Assembly: GCA_963737265.1 (NCBI GenBank)
Contig: CAVTRY010000011.1
Coordinates: 1,152,001-1,216,000 of the forward strand
Length of the DNA: 64,000 bases
From: an uncultured delta proteobacterium
GTDB taxonomy: Bacteria; Myxococcota_A; Polyangia; Fen-1088
Direction: 5' to 3'
The notes under the pieces were generated by a model. The model did no database searches. It was given only the letters and a program-made list of their open reading frames with translations, and had not been told where the DNA came from. The position numbers were made by a program, and so were the translations under genes. How positions within the stretch are numbered: position 1 is the first letter of the stretch; every line of letters begins with the position of its first letter. Shown here piece after piece: positions 1 through 10,393 of this stretch.

Positions 1-151
1 TATGCGCTCGCCAAGCACCTCGCTCTCGTCGCTGGCCCGAGCTTGAACGTGCAGGAAGCCCGCGGCGACGATGACCGACGACCACGTGGTGTGAGCTTTG
101 CCGAGCAGATGTGGACCAGTGGCCGGACCACGGTGCGCATGTATCCTGGCA

Positions 152-589
152 TCAGCGCTGGGCTCGAGTTCTAGCCCGACGTCTAGCTAGCTTCCTCGCC
201 AACGGCACATCCGCCGGCGGCATCATCGTCTTCACCAGCTGGCGGCGCGGAACCCAGGCGAGCGCTTCGACCGTTACGGGACGGGCGAGGCCGGCGACGA
301 TGCGAGCGCGATACACCAGCATGAGCAGGTCGAAATCCGGGTAGGCGTGATACACGACCTCGACAATGTCATCCACGCGAATCGCACAGCCAAGCTCCTC
401 GCAGATCTCGCGCTGCAAGGCTGCCGCGGGTGATTCCCCCGCTTCCACCTTTCCGCCGGGGAATTCCCAGGCCAGTGGAAACGACTGATCGGCGCGGCGC
501 TGAGACAGAAGAATTCGGCCGCGTTGCTCGACCAGTGCCGCAACCACCAGCAGCCGCTGACGCTCAGGTTTGCGCCTGGCTCGCGCCAA
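152..589 (-). CDS. NUDIX hydrolase (MutT-like)
   Basis: Nudix box GGKVEAGESPAAALQREICEELG preceded by WEFP. Confidence 0.9.
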   Translation of the reverse strand: MARARRKPERQRLLVVAALVEQRGRILLSQRRADQSFPLAWEFPGGKVEAGESPAAALQREICEELGCAIRVDDIVEVVYHAYPDFDLLMLVYRARIVAGLARPVTVEALAWVPRRQLVKTMMPPADVPLARKLARRRARTRAQR

Positions 590-2562
590 CCCGGACCTCG
601 ATCAGCTCCAGAAGCTCGCGCAACTGGAACGGCTTGTTGATACAGGTGATGTCGGGATCTTCCAAAAAGCGCCGAGCCTCGGCGGAGAAGGCCCCGCCGG
701 TAATGAAGATGAATCGGTCGGCCAGCTCCGGCCATTGCTGCTTGACCGCGGTGTACAACTCGACGCCCGACATGTCGGGCATCTGCAGGTCGCACAGAAC
801 GACGTCGAAGCGCCGATCCTGACCGAAGTAGCGCAAGGCCTCGCGCGCGCCCAGCTTGGTTTCGATATCGTGATGGGACACCAACATGCGCTGAAAGGCC
901 TTGAGAAGGAGCGCCTCGTCGTCGATGGCAAGAACGCGCCGCCGCTGGATCGCCTTGAGGGAGGTCAAGCTGGTGCGCGTCCTGGCCATCGGCACCCCGA
1001 CGGCGGCGGGCAAGCGCACGCGAAAAATCGCGCCTCTGCCAGCCTCGCTCTCGGCGGTCAGCTCGCCGCCCGCACGACGGACGATATCCAGCGATATGGG
1101 AAGTCCCAGTCCCGTCCCTAGCTCGGGCGGCTTGGTGGTGAAGAACGATTTCGAAGATGCGCGGCATGATCTCGGGCGAGATGCCCGGCCCGTTGTCCTC
1201 GATCTCGACGACCACATGATTGCCGTCATCGCGGCTGCGCACGTACAGCCGATTTCGCCGCGGATGAAGATCCGCCAGGGCGTGCGCGGCGTTGACCAGC
1301 AGATTCAGGAACACCTGTCCGAGCCGGGCCGCGCTGGCGCGCACCAGTTTGGTCGCACGCAGACTTCGTTCGACCGTCGCACGGTAGCGCAGCTCGCTGC
1401 GCAGCATGGTGAGCGCGGAGTCCACCGCGGAATTCACGTCGGAAAGCGAATTGGCGTCGTCGTCGACGCGCGAGAAAGAATGCAAATCGCGGGCAATGCG
1501 ATGAATGCGCGCCATGCCTTCCTTCGACTCCTGCACCACGGTCATGGCGTCGAAAAGCATGGTCGCCAGGCTGCCATTGTTCGCGTAGATGTTGTCGAAG
1601 CGCAGAGTCTCGTCGACCTTACGCAGAATTCCGGCCAGCGAGTCCACGTTGGCTAAGACGAAAGACGCCGGATTGTTAATCTCGTGCGCTACGCCCGCGG
1701 CGAGCATGCCGATGGAGGCGAGCTTTTCCGACTGAAGTCGGCGCAGCTCACGGTCGCGTTCCTCGGTGACGTCGCGCACGTAGACCAGGGCTCGGCCGCC
1801 GGCCGCGGGATTCGCGCGCACGTCAAGTTGCCGTTCCTTCCAGGTAAGGGTGCGGTTGCACGTCGTGTTCTGCTGAATCGCCTCGCGCGCGAACTCGGCG
1901 AGCGAGTCGCGGAAGTTGCGGCGACTTGTCCCGTCGAGCGCATCCCGAAAGGACACCGGTTGCGGCGTCACCGACGGCTGATCGAGCAAACGACGCCCGG
2001 CTGTGTTCTCGATCAGCACCACGCCGTTGGCGTCGAGCAGAAGCAACCCGTCTTGAAAAACATCGAAGGTCTCGCGAAGAGCGTCGCGTTCGATGCGGAG
2101 CTCTCCCGCCAGCTCTTCCAGCTGGCGTGTCCGCTCGACGACCTTCTCCGCCAATTCGTGGTTGTGGCGTCGCACCTCGTCGGCGAGCGCCTTCGACCGC
2201 AGGGTGGAACCAATGCGGGCCACGATCTCGATCGAGTCGATCGGCTGCACGATGAAATCAGAGGCACCGCTGTCGAGACCGCGCTGGCGGTTTTCGGCCT
2301 GGCGGTCCGATCGGGCGAGAAGGATGACCGGCAGGTTGTTCGTGCGCACATCCGCCTGGATGCGGCGACACACCTCGAAGCCGTCCAGATCCGGCAGATC
2401 GGTCTGCACCAGCGCCAAGTCGCAGGGAGCTCGACCAAGCTCACGCAGAGCCTCGACGCCACTGCTGACGACAAAAACGTCGTGCGCGCTCCGCGCACGC
2501 AACGCCTCCACCACCGAAGACTGCTGCTCGCCGTCCTGTGCGACAAGCAGAATGCGAGCCAT
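564..2562 (-). CDS. Hybrid sensor histidine kinase (REC-PAS-like-HisKA-HATPase-REC), split by a 1-nt frameshift near 1150
   Basis: N-terminal receiver and H-box AHEINNP, N-box QVFLNLLVNA and G1 DNGPG in ORF 274..2658; FFTTK..GTGLGL and a C-terminal receiver continue in ORF 564..1229; one extra A in GAAATCG. Confidence 0.85.
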
Positions 2563-2578
2563 TGGTCTCGCGATCCCC

Positions 2579-3373
2579 TTAGACGGCGCCGACGCGGGTC
2601 TGTCCGGCGGATTCGGGAGAATGCGGCACGGTAAAGCTGAACCGCGAACCCGCCCCAACCGTGCTCGAAACCCACAAATCGCCCCCCATGCGAATGACCA
2701 AGCGGCGGCTCAAGGTCAGCCCCAATCCGCAGCCGTGCAGGTCCTTGCCCGGGCCGCTCTCGACTTGGAAAAAGTCCTCGAATAGTTTGGGGATCTGCGC
2801 GGCGGAAATTCCTATCCCGGTGTCGACCACGTGAACGGCCACCGACCGATCGTACAATTCGGTAGAAACCGTAACCTGGCCGCGGCCGGTAAACTTGATC
2901 GCATTCGCTACCAGGTTCGACAGGACCTGCACGACGCGAGCCGCATCCGCCAGCACGGCTGGCAATGCCCGCGCCGACGGTTCGACCACCAATCCAAGCT
3001 CCTTAGCGCGAGCCGCCGCTTTCTGCTGGCGCACAGCGGTCTGGATCGCATCTTCAAGATTCATCGGCTTGGGATGGAGTGCCAAGTCGCCGCCCTCGAG
3101 GCGCAGAAGATCGATGTAGTCAGCGACGCGCTGGGAAGTCCGCGTGGCGTTGCCCGCGAGGGACTCGATGCACTTGCGCTGCTCTTGAGTCAGCTTCCCG
3201 AGTGCCCCGTCGAGCAAGCGGCGGCACTGCTCGATGGATTCGTCAACGGGCGCGGCCACCTCGTCGCTGAGACGAGCCAGGATGGCCGATGTCTTTGAGC
3301 CGCCACCCTGAAATGCGGCGTGCTCTTGGGTTTTGCGAAGGCGTTTTGTCAGTATGCTTGATTCGTTGCTCAT
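2579..3373 (-). CDS. Histidine kinase-like ATPase
   Basis: QVLSNLVANAIKFT, DTGIG and GCGLGL boxes; H-box degenerate. Confidence 0.8.
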   Translation of the reverse strand: MSNESSILTKRLRKTQEHAAFQGGGSKTSAILARLSDEVAAPVDESIEQCRRLLDGALGKLTQEQRKCIESLAGNATRTSQRVADYIDLLRLEGGDLALHPKPMNLEDAIQTAVRQQKAAARAKELGLVVEPSARALPAVLADAARVVQVLSNLVANAIKFTGRGQVTVSTELYDRSVAVHVVDTGIGISAAQIPKLFEDFFQVESGPGKDLHGCGLGLTLSRRLVIRMGGDLWVSSTVGAGSRFSFTVPHSPESAGQTRVGAV

Positions 3374-3515
3374 GACTCCCCGTTCGGACGCCATTATCCG
3401 GCCAGAACCGCCACGGTTTCAACACCGAACGACGCAAAAGTGGAAATAGATCGGTCGTCGACGCCCGGTGGGGTCTATGCGCGTATCCCGCGGAGTCGTT
3501 GTATAGTTCCGTCCG

Positions 3516-4355
3516 ATGTATTCGGTTCGCGACGTTAGCGCGGTTCTTGGGATTAGCGTTGCGCGACTCCGATCCTACCTCCGCTCGGGGCTGGTGACGC
3601 CGAGCCGCGACGAGAGTCGAAGGTACCATTTCACCTTTCAAGACCTAGTCCTACTGCGCAAAGCGGAGGGGCTTGTCGATCAGCGCATTGCACCTCGACG
3701 AGTTCACCACGCACTACGCGCCCTGATTGAGCACATGCCGCATGGGGTTACCACCGCGGGCGTGCGTTTGTTTGGTGAAGGCAACGAGGTCGTTGTCGAT
3801 GACGGTTCCAGCCTGTGGCACGCGCGGTCCGGACAGACGCTCTTCGACTTCACCTCGCAACCGCTGGCAGACCAGGGGTCGCCGGTCATTCCCTTCAGCC
3901 AGGGCAAGCGCGCCGCGGCCGACGACCCGCAGTCCCCGGCTCTGACGGTGAACGAAATGTATGGACGAGCTTGCGCTCTCGAAGCCACGGCGCCGGAAGA
4001 AGCCAAGGTCGCGTACCGAAACGTTCTCGAACGCGAACCCGAATTCGCGGACGCACACGTCAATCTAGGCCGTCTTCTTCATGAGTCGGGCGAGGTCTAC
4101 GCAGCCCTGGTGCACTACCGCGCGGCTTTGTCCATTCGTCCGAGCGATGCTACCGCAGCGTTCAATGCTGGCGTCGCCCTCGAGGATCTGGGCGCGAACG
4201 CCGATGCCATCGCCGCCTATCGCCGCGCCATCGAAAGCGAACCGCGCAATCCCGACGCCCACTACAATCTGGCCCGGCTATTGGAACAGGCGGGAAAGCC
4301 CGACCTGGCAGTCCGCCACCTGCTGCTTTACCGCCAGCTGCTGAAGAAGCGATGA
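3516..4355 (+). CDS. MerR-type HTH / TPR-repeat protein
   Basis: N-terminal [23 protein letters not shown]; C-terminal TPRs (DAHVNLG, AAFNAG, DAHYNLA). Confidence 0.8.
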   Translation: MYSVRDVSAVLGISVARLRSYLRSGLVTPSRDESRRYHFTFQDLVLLRKAEGLVDQRIAPRRVHHALRALIEHMPHGVTTAGVRLFGEGNEVVVDDGSSLWHARSGQTLFDFTSQPLADQGSPVIPFSQGKRAAADDPQSPALTVNEMYGRACALEATAPEEAKVAYRNVLEREPEFADAHVNLGRLLHESGEVYAALVHYRAALSIRPSDATAAFNAGVALEDLGANADAIAAYRRAIESEPRNPDAHYNLARLLEQAGKPDLAVRHLLLYRQLLKKR

Positions 4356-4843
4356 CCGACGGCGCCGCAAACCTACGATTGTGCGTCGGCACGGCCGCGG
4401 AGATGCAGCAGATCTCCGCGTCCCTTGGCCGCGTGGTCGAGGTGGGGGATGTCGTCGCCCTCACCGGTCCCCTCGGCGCCGGGAAAACCACCTTCGTGCA
4501 GGGCCTGGCCCGCGGCCTCGGCGTCCCCGCCGACCGCCACGTGGCAAGCCCAACCTTCGCGCTCGTCAACGAGCATCCCGGTCGCATCGACTTCGTTCAC
4601 GTGGACTTCTACCGCATCAGTAGTCCGGCCGAGCTCCCCGAGCTCGGCATCGAGGAAGCCTACGACCGCGCCGTCACCGCCATCGAGTGGGCCGAAAGAT
4701 TTCCTGACTGGCTGCCTACCGACACGCTGCACGTCACCATCGAGCCCGAGGTCAGCGGCGCGCGCGTCGTGTACGCCCGCGGCGGCGGCCCGCGCAGCCA
4801 GGCACTGCTTCGCCGTTGGGCGATTTTCGATGGCCAAAGCTGA
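4352..4843 (+). CDS. tsaE: tRNA threonylcarbamoyladenosine biosynthesis ATPase TsaE
   Basis: GPLGAGKTT Walker A, SPTF, HVDFYR and IEWAE motifs. Confidence 0.93.
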   Translation: MTDGAANLRLCVGTAAEMQQISASLGRVVEVGDVVALTGPLGAGKTTFVQGLARGLGVPADRHVASPTFALVNEHPGRIDFVHVDFYRISSPAELPELGIEEAYDRAVTAIEWAERFPDWLPTDTLHVTIEPEVSGARVVYARGGGPRSQALLRRWAIFDGQS

Positions 4844-5000
4844 AGAACTGTCCAAAAATTGGACAGTTCTTCAGCAGCCGAGCCAAGGGCTCGGCCGCAG
4901 GTGGGGTGAAGTCCGCGAATTTACTTCGCGGACGAGGGGAGGGCAGCAGCCCTCCCTTCAAAAATCTTCAAGACGGGTCCATTTATGGACACGTCTTGAG
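4839..5000 (+). repeat. 162-bp multi-hairpin repeat, copy 1
   Basis: Near-identical inverted copy at 10232..10393; opens with palindrome GCTGAAGAACTGTCCAAAAATTGGACAGTTCTTCAGC. Confidence 0.92.
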
Positions 5001-5014
5001 GCCGCGACCGGTCC

Positions 5015-5554
5015 TCAACCCGTTCGGCACTCAAGAAAGGCCGCCGGCATCGGCACGGCGACCACTTCGCCTCGGGCCGTGGCAACTCCGCCGGCAAACA
5101 CCGTCGTCTCGATGGTGATCTTGCGCCCCTTGATTTCCTTTACCCTCCCGCGCAGCTCCAACTCGCCGTCGATCGGAGTTGGCTTGAGGAAGTCCACATG
5201 CAGCGCCGCCGTGACGTAGCGAAGCCGAGGCTCGGATTCCATGGCGCGACCTTCTGCCCGGTGGGCCGCCGCGGCTGCGGTTCCGGTCCCGTGGCAGTCG
5301 ATGAGAGAGGCGATGAGCCCGCCGTACACGAATCCGGGAATCGCCGTGTGGTACGGGCGCGGTCGGTAGCGAGTAACGCTCTCATCGCCCGCCCAGAAGG
5401 TCCTGATTCGCAGACCGTCTGCATTCAGGCGTCCGCACCCATAGCATTGGGCAACGTTTTCGGGATAGTGGTCCTGGAAAGCTTTTTCCGCCTCGGCAGT
5501 GTTTTGATTCGGATCGTTTGGAATGGCGTGATCGTCGTTACTCATGCTCGCCAT
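5015..5554 (-). CDS. PaaI/hotdog-fold thioesterase
   Basis: CYGCG..N..GL, GFVYGGLIASLIDCH and VTAALHVDFLKPTP. Confidence 0.85.
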   Translation of the reverse strand: MASMSNDDHAIPNDPNQNTAEAEKAFQDHYPENVAQCYGCGRLNADGLRIRTFWAGDESVTRYRPRPYHTAIPGFVYGGLIASLIDCHGTGTAAAAAHRAEGRAMESEPRLRYVTAALHVDFLKPTPIDGELELRGRVKEIKGRKITIETTVFAGGVATARGEVVAVPMPAAFLECRTG

Positions 5555-5652
5555 CTTGGTCGGTCGATTCACGCAAGTCACGCGGATCTCGACCGCTCCG
5601 CCGGAGTGCGCTCGCACGAGGGACATTCCGGCGGTGGCGGAAGAGTCAGCTA

Positions 5653-7251
5653 TTAGAAAATATAGAAGCCCGAGAACTGCACGCGGTTGTTGGTTCCCTT
5701 GGTACCGTCGAGGTAGGTCTGGCGGAACCAGGCGTATTCCAGGCCGAAGCGGATGGATTGGGTGGCGTCCACGAACAGGTTTCCGTCGGCGAAGTCCGAC
5801 TTGTCGAAGATCTTGCTCGTGGTGTTGGGGCCAGCCTTGTCGACGACGTTCGCGATGTCGTCCGAATTCATGTGCGAGTAGTTGCCGGAAATCCACATGC
5901 GGAACGGTGTGGTGGGGAAGTAGTACTGCACGCCGACGAGAATCGCCTGCCAGCGAATCGCGTGCATCTGGCCGTTGCCGGGCGTGAACACGACCAGTCC
6001 ATTGTCGATATCGGAGGTGAAGTTCGAGGTTGTTCCAGCAGCCGCGGCGGGCGTGGCAAGGCTGACGCCGCCCGTGAGGCCGGTGAACATGTCCGCAATC
6101 GCCTGTCCTCGCGCCAACGAACCCGTCAGGGTGAGGGCATTGTCCCAGTTCGACGCGGTGGCGGGAACAACCGGCAGCAGCGCGTCGACGGAGATACCAT
6201 ACCCGTCGATGGTCTGGGTCTGGTCCGCTGGCTGCACGGCATTGAAAATAGGCAGGCGGAAGCGGCGGGCGACTCCGGAAACGCCGACAGAGAGAGCATC
6301 GACCGACGTGCCCGTTCCACCGGCCGTGCGCATGCCCTTCCAGTCATTGACGATGAGGCGCAAGCCAGCTTGTCCATCCGGCAAGCCGGAATCACGCTGG
6401 GGCGGACGGACGGCCGCGACCGCGACTTCTACGTTCACGACATCGGTCTTGAACATGTGGCTCAGCCGCAATTGAGGCGCACGGGAGTACACCTGGCCCG
6501 GCAGGCCCTGCATGTCGACGCTGTTGGGGTGGAAGTTAGACTGCCATCCGAAGAGCTCCCAGTACTGACCGGCCAACACGTCGACGATGGGCGTCTCGAG
6601 CTTGAGTGCCATGTGGCGAATGCGAAAGGTCGGGCTGGCGAAATACGAGGATTCCGACACCGCGGGCGAGCCGGCCGGGCTGGGCGAGCCTTGCGGCTGG
6701 TTGCCGAGGAAGTCCATCTCGGCGATGCCCGAGGACTTGATCATTTCGCTTTCGGGGCCCTTGAGCTTGAAGCCGAGGCGCGAGTTGCGCGCACCGAAGA
6801 TCATGCGGTCATTGTTTGCCGCGAATGAACCGCTGCGTGCGATTGCAGCGTTTCCAGCCAGGTCGTTGAGGCTTTGGGTGGAGTCATGAATGAAGTCGGC
6901 CTCGACGAATCCGTAAAACGTCGCGCTGAATTTCGACGTCACCGACGGAGGGCCGGACGGCGCGGGCGGGATTGGACTAGTCGGCATCATGAGCGCGGAC
7001 GCCGGCATCGCTGCGGGAGCAGGCGCCGGAGCAGCGACCGGCGGGGCCGCTGCCGGGCTTGAAACAGCGGCGGAGCCGGCTGACTCCGTGGCAGGGGCAC
7101 TGGTTCCGCCGCCTTCCGTCCCTGCCTGGCTGTCGCCCGACTGGGCGAAGGCCGGAGAGGCAGTTGCCAATAGCAGAGAGCCGAGAAGCAGCGGGGACAA
7201 GTGCAAATGAAGCGCCAACGACGAGGCGCGACCCGGGATCTTTCGTTCCAT
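5653..7251 (-). CDS. Outer-membrane porin-like beta-barrel (DcaP-like)
   Basis: Signal peptide, Ala/Pro linker, FYGFVEAD..SRLGF strands, C-terminal aromatic FYIF; GGAG RBS. Confidence 0.7.
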   Translation of the reverse strand: MERKIPGRASSLALHLHLSPLLLGSLLLATASPAFAQSGDSQAGTEGGGTSAPATESAGSAAVSSPAAAPPVAAPAPAPAAMPASALMMPTSPIPPAPSGPPSVTSKFSATFYGFVEADFIHDSTQSLNDLAGNAAIARSGSFAANNDRMIFGARNSRLGFKLKGPESEMIKSSGIAEMDFLGNQPQGSPSPAGSPAVSESSYFASPTFRIRHMALKLETPIVDVLAGQYWELFGWQSNFHPNSVDMQGLPGQVYSRAPQLRLSHMFKTDVVNVEVAVAAVRPPQRDSGLPDGQAGLRLIVNDWKGMRTAGGTGTSVDALSVGVSGVARRFRLPIFNAVQPADQTQTIDGYGISVDALLPVVPATASNWDNALTLTGSLARGQAIADMFTGLTGGVSLATPAAAAGTTSNFTSDIDNGLVVFTPGNGQMHAIRWQAILVGVQYYFPTTPFRMWISGNYSHMNSDDIANVVDKAGPNTTSKIFDKSDFADGNLFVDATQSIRFGLEYAWFRQTYLDGTKGTNNRVQFSGFYIF

Positions 7252-7370
7252 GTAAGTCTCCTTTTCCTTTGGAATGTTGACCGGAACAGCATCCACGCGG
7301 CTTGTGACAAGAGTGTTACGATGCGGAAACAAATCGGTCTTGTTTCCGAGAGCGCGCAGCCAACCAGCAA

Positions 7371-7402
7371 CGCGCCCGCGCACAAAAAGATGCGCGGGCG
7401 CG
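7371..7402 (-). terminator. GC-rich hairpin, possible terminator
   Basis: 12-bp stem CGCGCCCGCGCA/TGCGCGGGCGCG; weak U-tract. Confidence 0.4.
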
Positions 7403-7432
7403 ATGAACGGTCAGGCGGAAAAATGAGCGCGG

Positions 7433-7907
7433 CTATTCGCTCGAACTGCTGCAGGGCCGCTTGAATGATCTGCGCCAGATCGACCTGCGGTTGGGCGGGG
7501 GTGCTCCCCGACGTAGACGATGTCGAACTGTAGCTTTGCACATGATGGTGGTGGTGGTGACCAGAAGCGCCTTGCTGCTGCCCAGCGGGCTGCAAATCGG
7601 GCATCTGACCGGTTTGTGCGGCCTGGTCGAACTTGTTGGCCAGATCGGTCAGGCGCTGTGCCTGCGGCCCGGTTGCATTCTGGGCGTCGGCTTTCAAAGT
7701 GTCCGCGATACTCGACATCACCGACTTGAACTTGTCGGGATCGGATTGCTGCAATTGCTGAAGCTGGTTGAGCAGGCTGGCCATCGGCGACATTTGGGTT
7801 GAGTCGCTGACGCTGGCACCGCCCGTGGCGGCCGTCTGTGCGGTCGCAGCTTGCGTGGGATCGAGTGTCGTAATGCCGTAGTTGTTGCCGATACTGCTGA
7901 TGTCCAT
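7433..7907 (-). CDS. Hypothetical Gln/Ser/Thr-rich protein with a natural His6 tract; 3' end probably frameshifted
   Basis: GGAGG RBS before MDISSIG; GHHHHHHV; a TAG at 7433 in the neighbouring frame just before the hairpin. Confidence 0.65.
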
Positions 7908-8085
7908 GGTGTCCTCCAAACGTGTTTCTCCCGGCCGTGCTGGCCTACCTAGGCTATCGGAGCTTAGCGAGCCGGTCCTGAGCGGCAATCTTGGCACCGG
8001 CGTGCACGGCCAATTTCGCAGCGGGACGTGCGAACTCTGCAGGCCGATCGGGATCGGCGGCAACCGGCCATCGGCGAAACGGGGG

Positions 8086-8574
8086 CTACGGGTTGGCCTT
8101 CTGAGCCGGCGCACGGTGAAGCTCGATGCGGTCGTTGCGCATCCGACCGGTCCTCGTCATGTTGGGCTCGATGGGATCCTCGGAGCCGCGCCCGGTGGCC
8201 ACCAACTGGTCGGTACCCGCACCTTTGAGCGCCAGCGCATATTTGATCGCCTCGGCTCGCTTCTTCGACAGCGCCAGATCCTTCTTGGCGTCGCCGTTGT
8301 CCGCGGTGTGGCTGACGATTTCCAAGCGAACCGTCGCCTCCCTTACCAGCGCGGCGGCCAAGGCATCCAAAAAGGGCTGTGCTGAATCCGATATCTTGGC
8401 CGTCATGCCGTCGAACCTGATTTCCCGCGCCCGGTCGAGCAGGTCGCTGACGGTTTGGACGTGCGCGGATGAACCGCCGACCTGGCCAGCGGTTCCTGCG
8501 TTACCAGCAAACACAGCCAGCGCGGGCAGCGCAAGGCCGGCGCAAACGAGTGCAAGAAAGCTATGTCGCCGCAT
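8086..8574 (-). CDS. OmpA-family peptidoglycan-binding protein
   Basis: Signal peptide; SHTAD..LSKKRAEAIK..GRGSEDP..RNDRIE. Confidence 0.85.
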   Translation of the reverse strand: MRRHSFLALVCAGLALPALAVFAGNAGTAGQVGGSSAHVQTVSDLLDRAREIRFDGMTAKISDSAQPFLDALAAALVREATVRLEIVSHTADNGDAKKDLALSKKRAEAIKYALALKGAGTDQLVATGRGSEDPIEPNMTRTGRMRNDRIELHRAPAQKANP

Positions 8575-8668
8575 CGTCGTCGAACCCCATCTGGTTAGGC
8601 CGCTAGTATAGCGCATCGGAACGACGACTTTTCTTGATTGAATCGCCGGCCGTACCTAACGTGAAGGT

Positions 8669-9370
8669 GTGGAGCTCTTCGAAGTCGCGCTGGGTGACTT
8701 GCACCGGGTGGTCGCCGCACCTTGGTGCGAGGTCATCTGCGTCGTCATGGCGTTCGTGTGTGGCGCCATCGTGGGGTTCGAGCGGGAAAAGGGCCACAAG
8801 CCGGCGGGCCTGCGCACGCAGATCCTCATTTGCGTCGGTTCGGCCATTTTCACGGTGATTTCCATGTCGCCCGCCCTCGGCGGCCACGAGCCCGCGCGCA
8901 TCGCCGCGCAAATCGTGACTGGCGTGGGATTTCTAGGCGCGGGCTCGATTCTGCGCGACCGCCACCAGATCACCGGGCTAACCACGGCGGCGACGATCTG
9001 GACGGTTTCCGCCATCGGCATGGCGGCGGGCGCCGGCTACGTCACCGCGGCAGTGCTGCTTTCGCTGGGGGTCTTGTTGGTCCTTGGCAGCTTCCGCAAG
9101 GTCGAGTTCCTGCTCGGCGGCCGTTGCACCTCGGCCAGCGTGGTGATTGTGTATCGTTCGGACCGAGGCAAGACCCGTGCCCTCATCCAAGACGTCCTCG
9201 ACGAGGCCCACGGTCCGGTTCACGTCGCCGCGGAGCAAGATCGCCCGGATGGCACGTCCGAGCTCGCCATGCGCTTCTGCGATAAACACCGCGATCACCG
9301 GGCATTCCTGGCCGTGCTGGCCGCCATGCCGGGCATCGAGGCTCTGGGAAAAGGCACGGCGCCGGAATAG
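8669..9370 (+). CDS. MgtC/SapB family membrane protein
   Basis: GFERE..KPAGLRT, RIAAQIVTGVGFLGAG, GLTTAATIW. Confidence 0.92.
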   Translation: MELFEVALGDLHRVVAAPWCEVICVVMAFVCGAIVGFEREKGHKPAGLRTQILICVGSAIFTVISMSPALGGHEPARIAAQIVTGVGFLGAGSILRDRHQITGLTTAATIWTVSAIGMAAGAGYVTAAVLLSLGVLLVLGSFRKVEFLLGGRCTSASVVIVYRSDRGKTRALIQDVLDEAHGPVHVAAEQDRPDGTSELAMRFCDKHRDHRAFLAVLAAMPGIEALGKGTAPE

Positions 9371-9415
9371 GGTTGCTTCCTGTATCATCGCGCACACGCT
9401 CGGGCTTGACTGCCG

Positions 9416-9976
9416 ATGAATCGCAGCTTGGAAAATCGCGCCCGCCGCGCGCTCGTCGGTGGCTCGTGGCGAATCGCGCTTGCGGCGGGCACCATCGCCG
9501 GGCTGGCGCTGTGGGGATACGCGGCGGGGCCGGATTCGCCGTGGTTTGCCACCACCGCCGGGTTCACCCTGCTCGGCCTTCTCGACCTGGCCCGATACTT
9601 CGTTCGCCTGTCGCCGCCCCTCGGCGGGGTCAGGCGCTGGGAGCGGCGAAGCGCCTTGTACCGCGTCCTCGGCGTGCGGGCGTTCGGAAGGCTGCTCCGC
9701 CGGCCACCGCGCCGGTTTCTTAATCGCCACGTCTATCGTGTCGCCAGCCACGACGGCAAGAGGCTGTTGCGCGAGCTCGAGGGCGCCGAAGCCGCCCACA
9801 CGATTGCCCTCCTGCTGGTCAGCGTCCACCTGGGACTGGCCGCAGTCGAGGGATGGTGGCGGGCCTTCGCAGGGCTCGCCATCCTCAACCTCGCGGGGAA
9901 TCTCTATCCGATCCTGCACCTGCGCCTGCGCCTCTCGCGCGCCCGCGTGGCGGCGCTCCCGGCGCGCGGTCATTGA
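9416..9976 (+). CDS. Membrane protein, CrtO-like acyltransferase family
   Basis: WE..LYRVLGV, AEAAH and NLYPI motifs with TM segments. Confidence 0.5.
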   Translation: MNRSLENRARRALVGGSWRIALAAGTIAGLALWGYAAGPDSPWFATTAGFTLLGLLDLARYFVRLSPPLGGVRRWERRSALYRVLGVRAFGRLLRRPPRRFLNRHVYRVASHDGKRLLRELEGAEAAHTIALLLVSVHLGLAAVEGWWRAFAGLAILNLAGNLYPILHLRLRLSRARVAALPARGH

Positions 9977-10231
9977 ACCAATATTGAGAAGAGAGGCGCC
10001 TTTCCAGGATCGACCCGCCAACCAGTCGGAGCGATGAATGGTGGTCGTAAACGTCGTCGTGGTCGTGGTGGTGGCCGTGGCCGACTGAATAGGTCAAGAC
10101 ATCTTTGACACTTTCGTGCCAAGACAATGGTTGACACGTATATGTCGGTGGGGACGTTTCCGGAAGGCATTTCCGACGCGGCGAACGGCGAGGACGGCCT
10201 GGCGGCGATGCCGAAAGAAGCCGACTCGGCA

Positions 10232-10393
10232 CTCAAGACGTGTCCATAAATGGACCCGTCTTGAAGATTTTTGAAGGGAGGGCCGCTGCCCTCCCCTCGT
10301 CCGCGAAGTAAATTCGCGGACTTCACCCCACCTGCGGTCGAGCCCTTGGCTCGGCTGCTGAAGAACTGTCCAATTTTTGGACAGTTCTTCAGC
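10232..10393 (-). repeat. 162-bp multi-hairpin repeat, copy 2
   Basis: Reverse complement of 4839..5000 with a few substitutions. Confidence 0.92.

Noticed and set aside
10030-10230. GTCGTG-rich tract and AT-richer patch as an ncRNA or riboswitch
   Set aside because: Low complexity; no recognisable conserved motif.
4839-10393. Composite transposon or invertible segment bounded by the 162-bp repeats
   Set aside because: No transposase or invertase inside and no target duplication; orientation is explained by each copy following its upstream gene.
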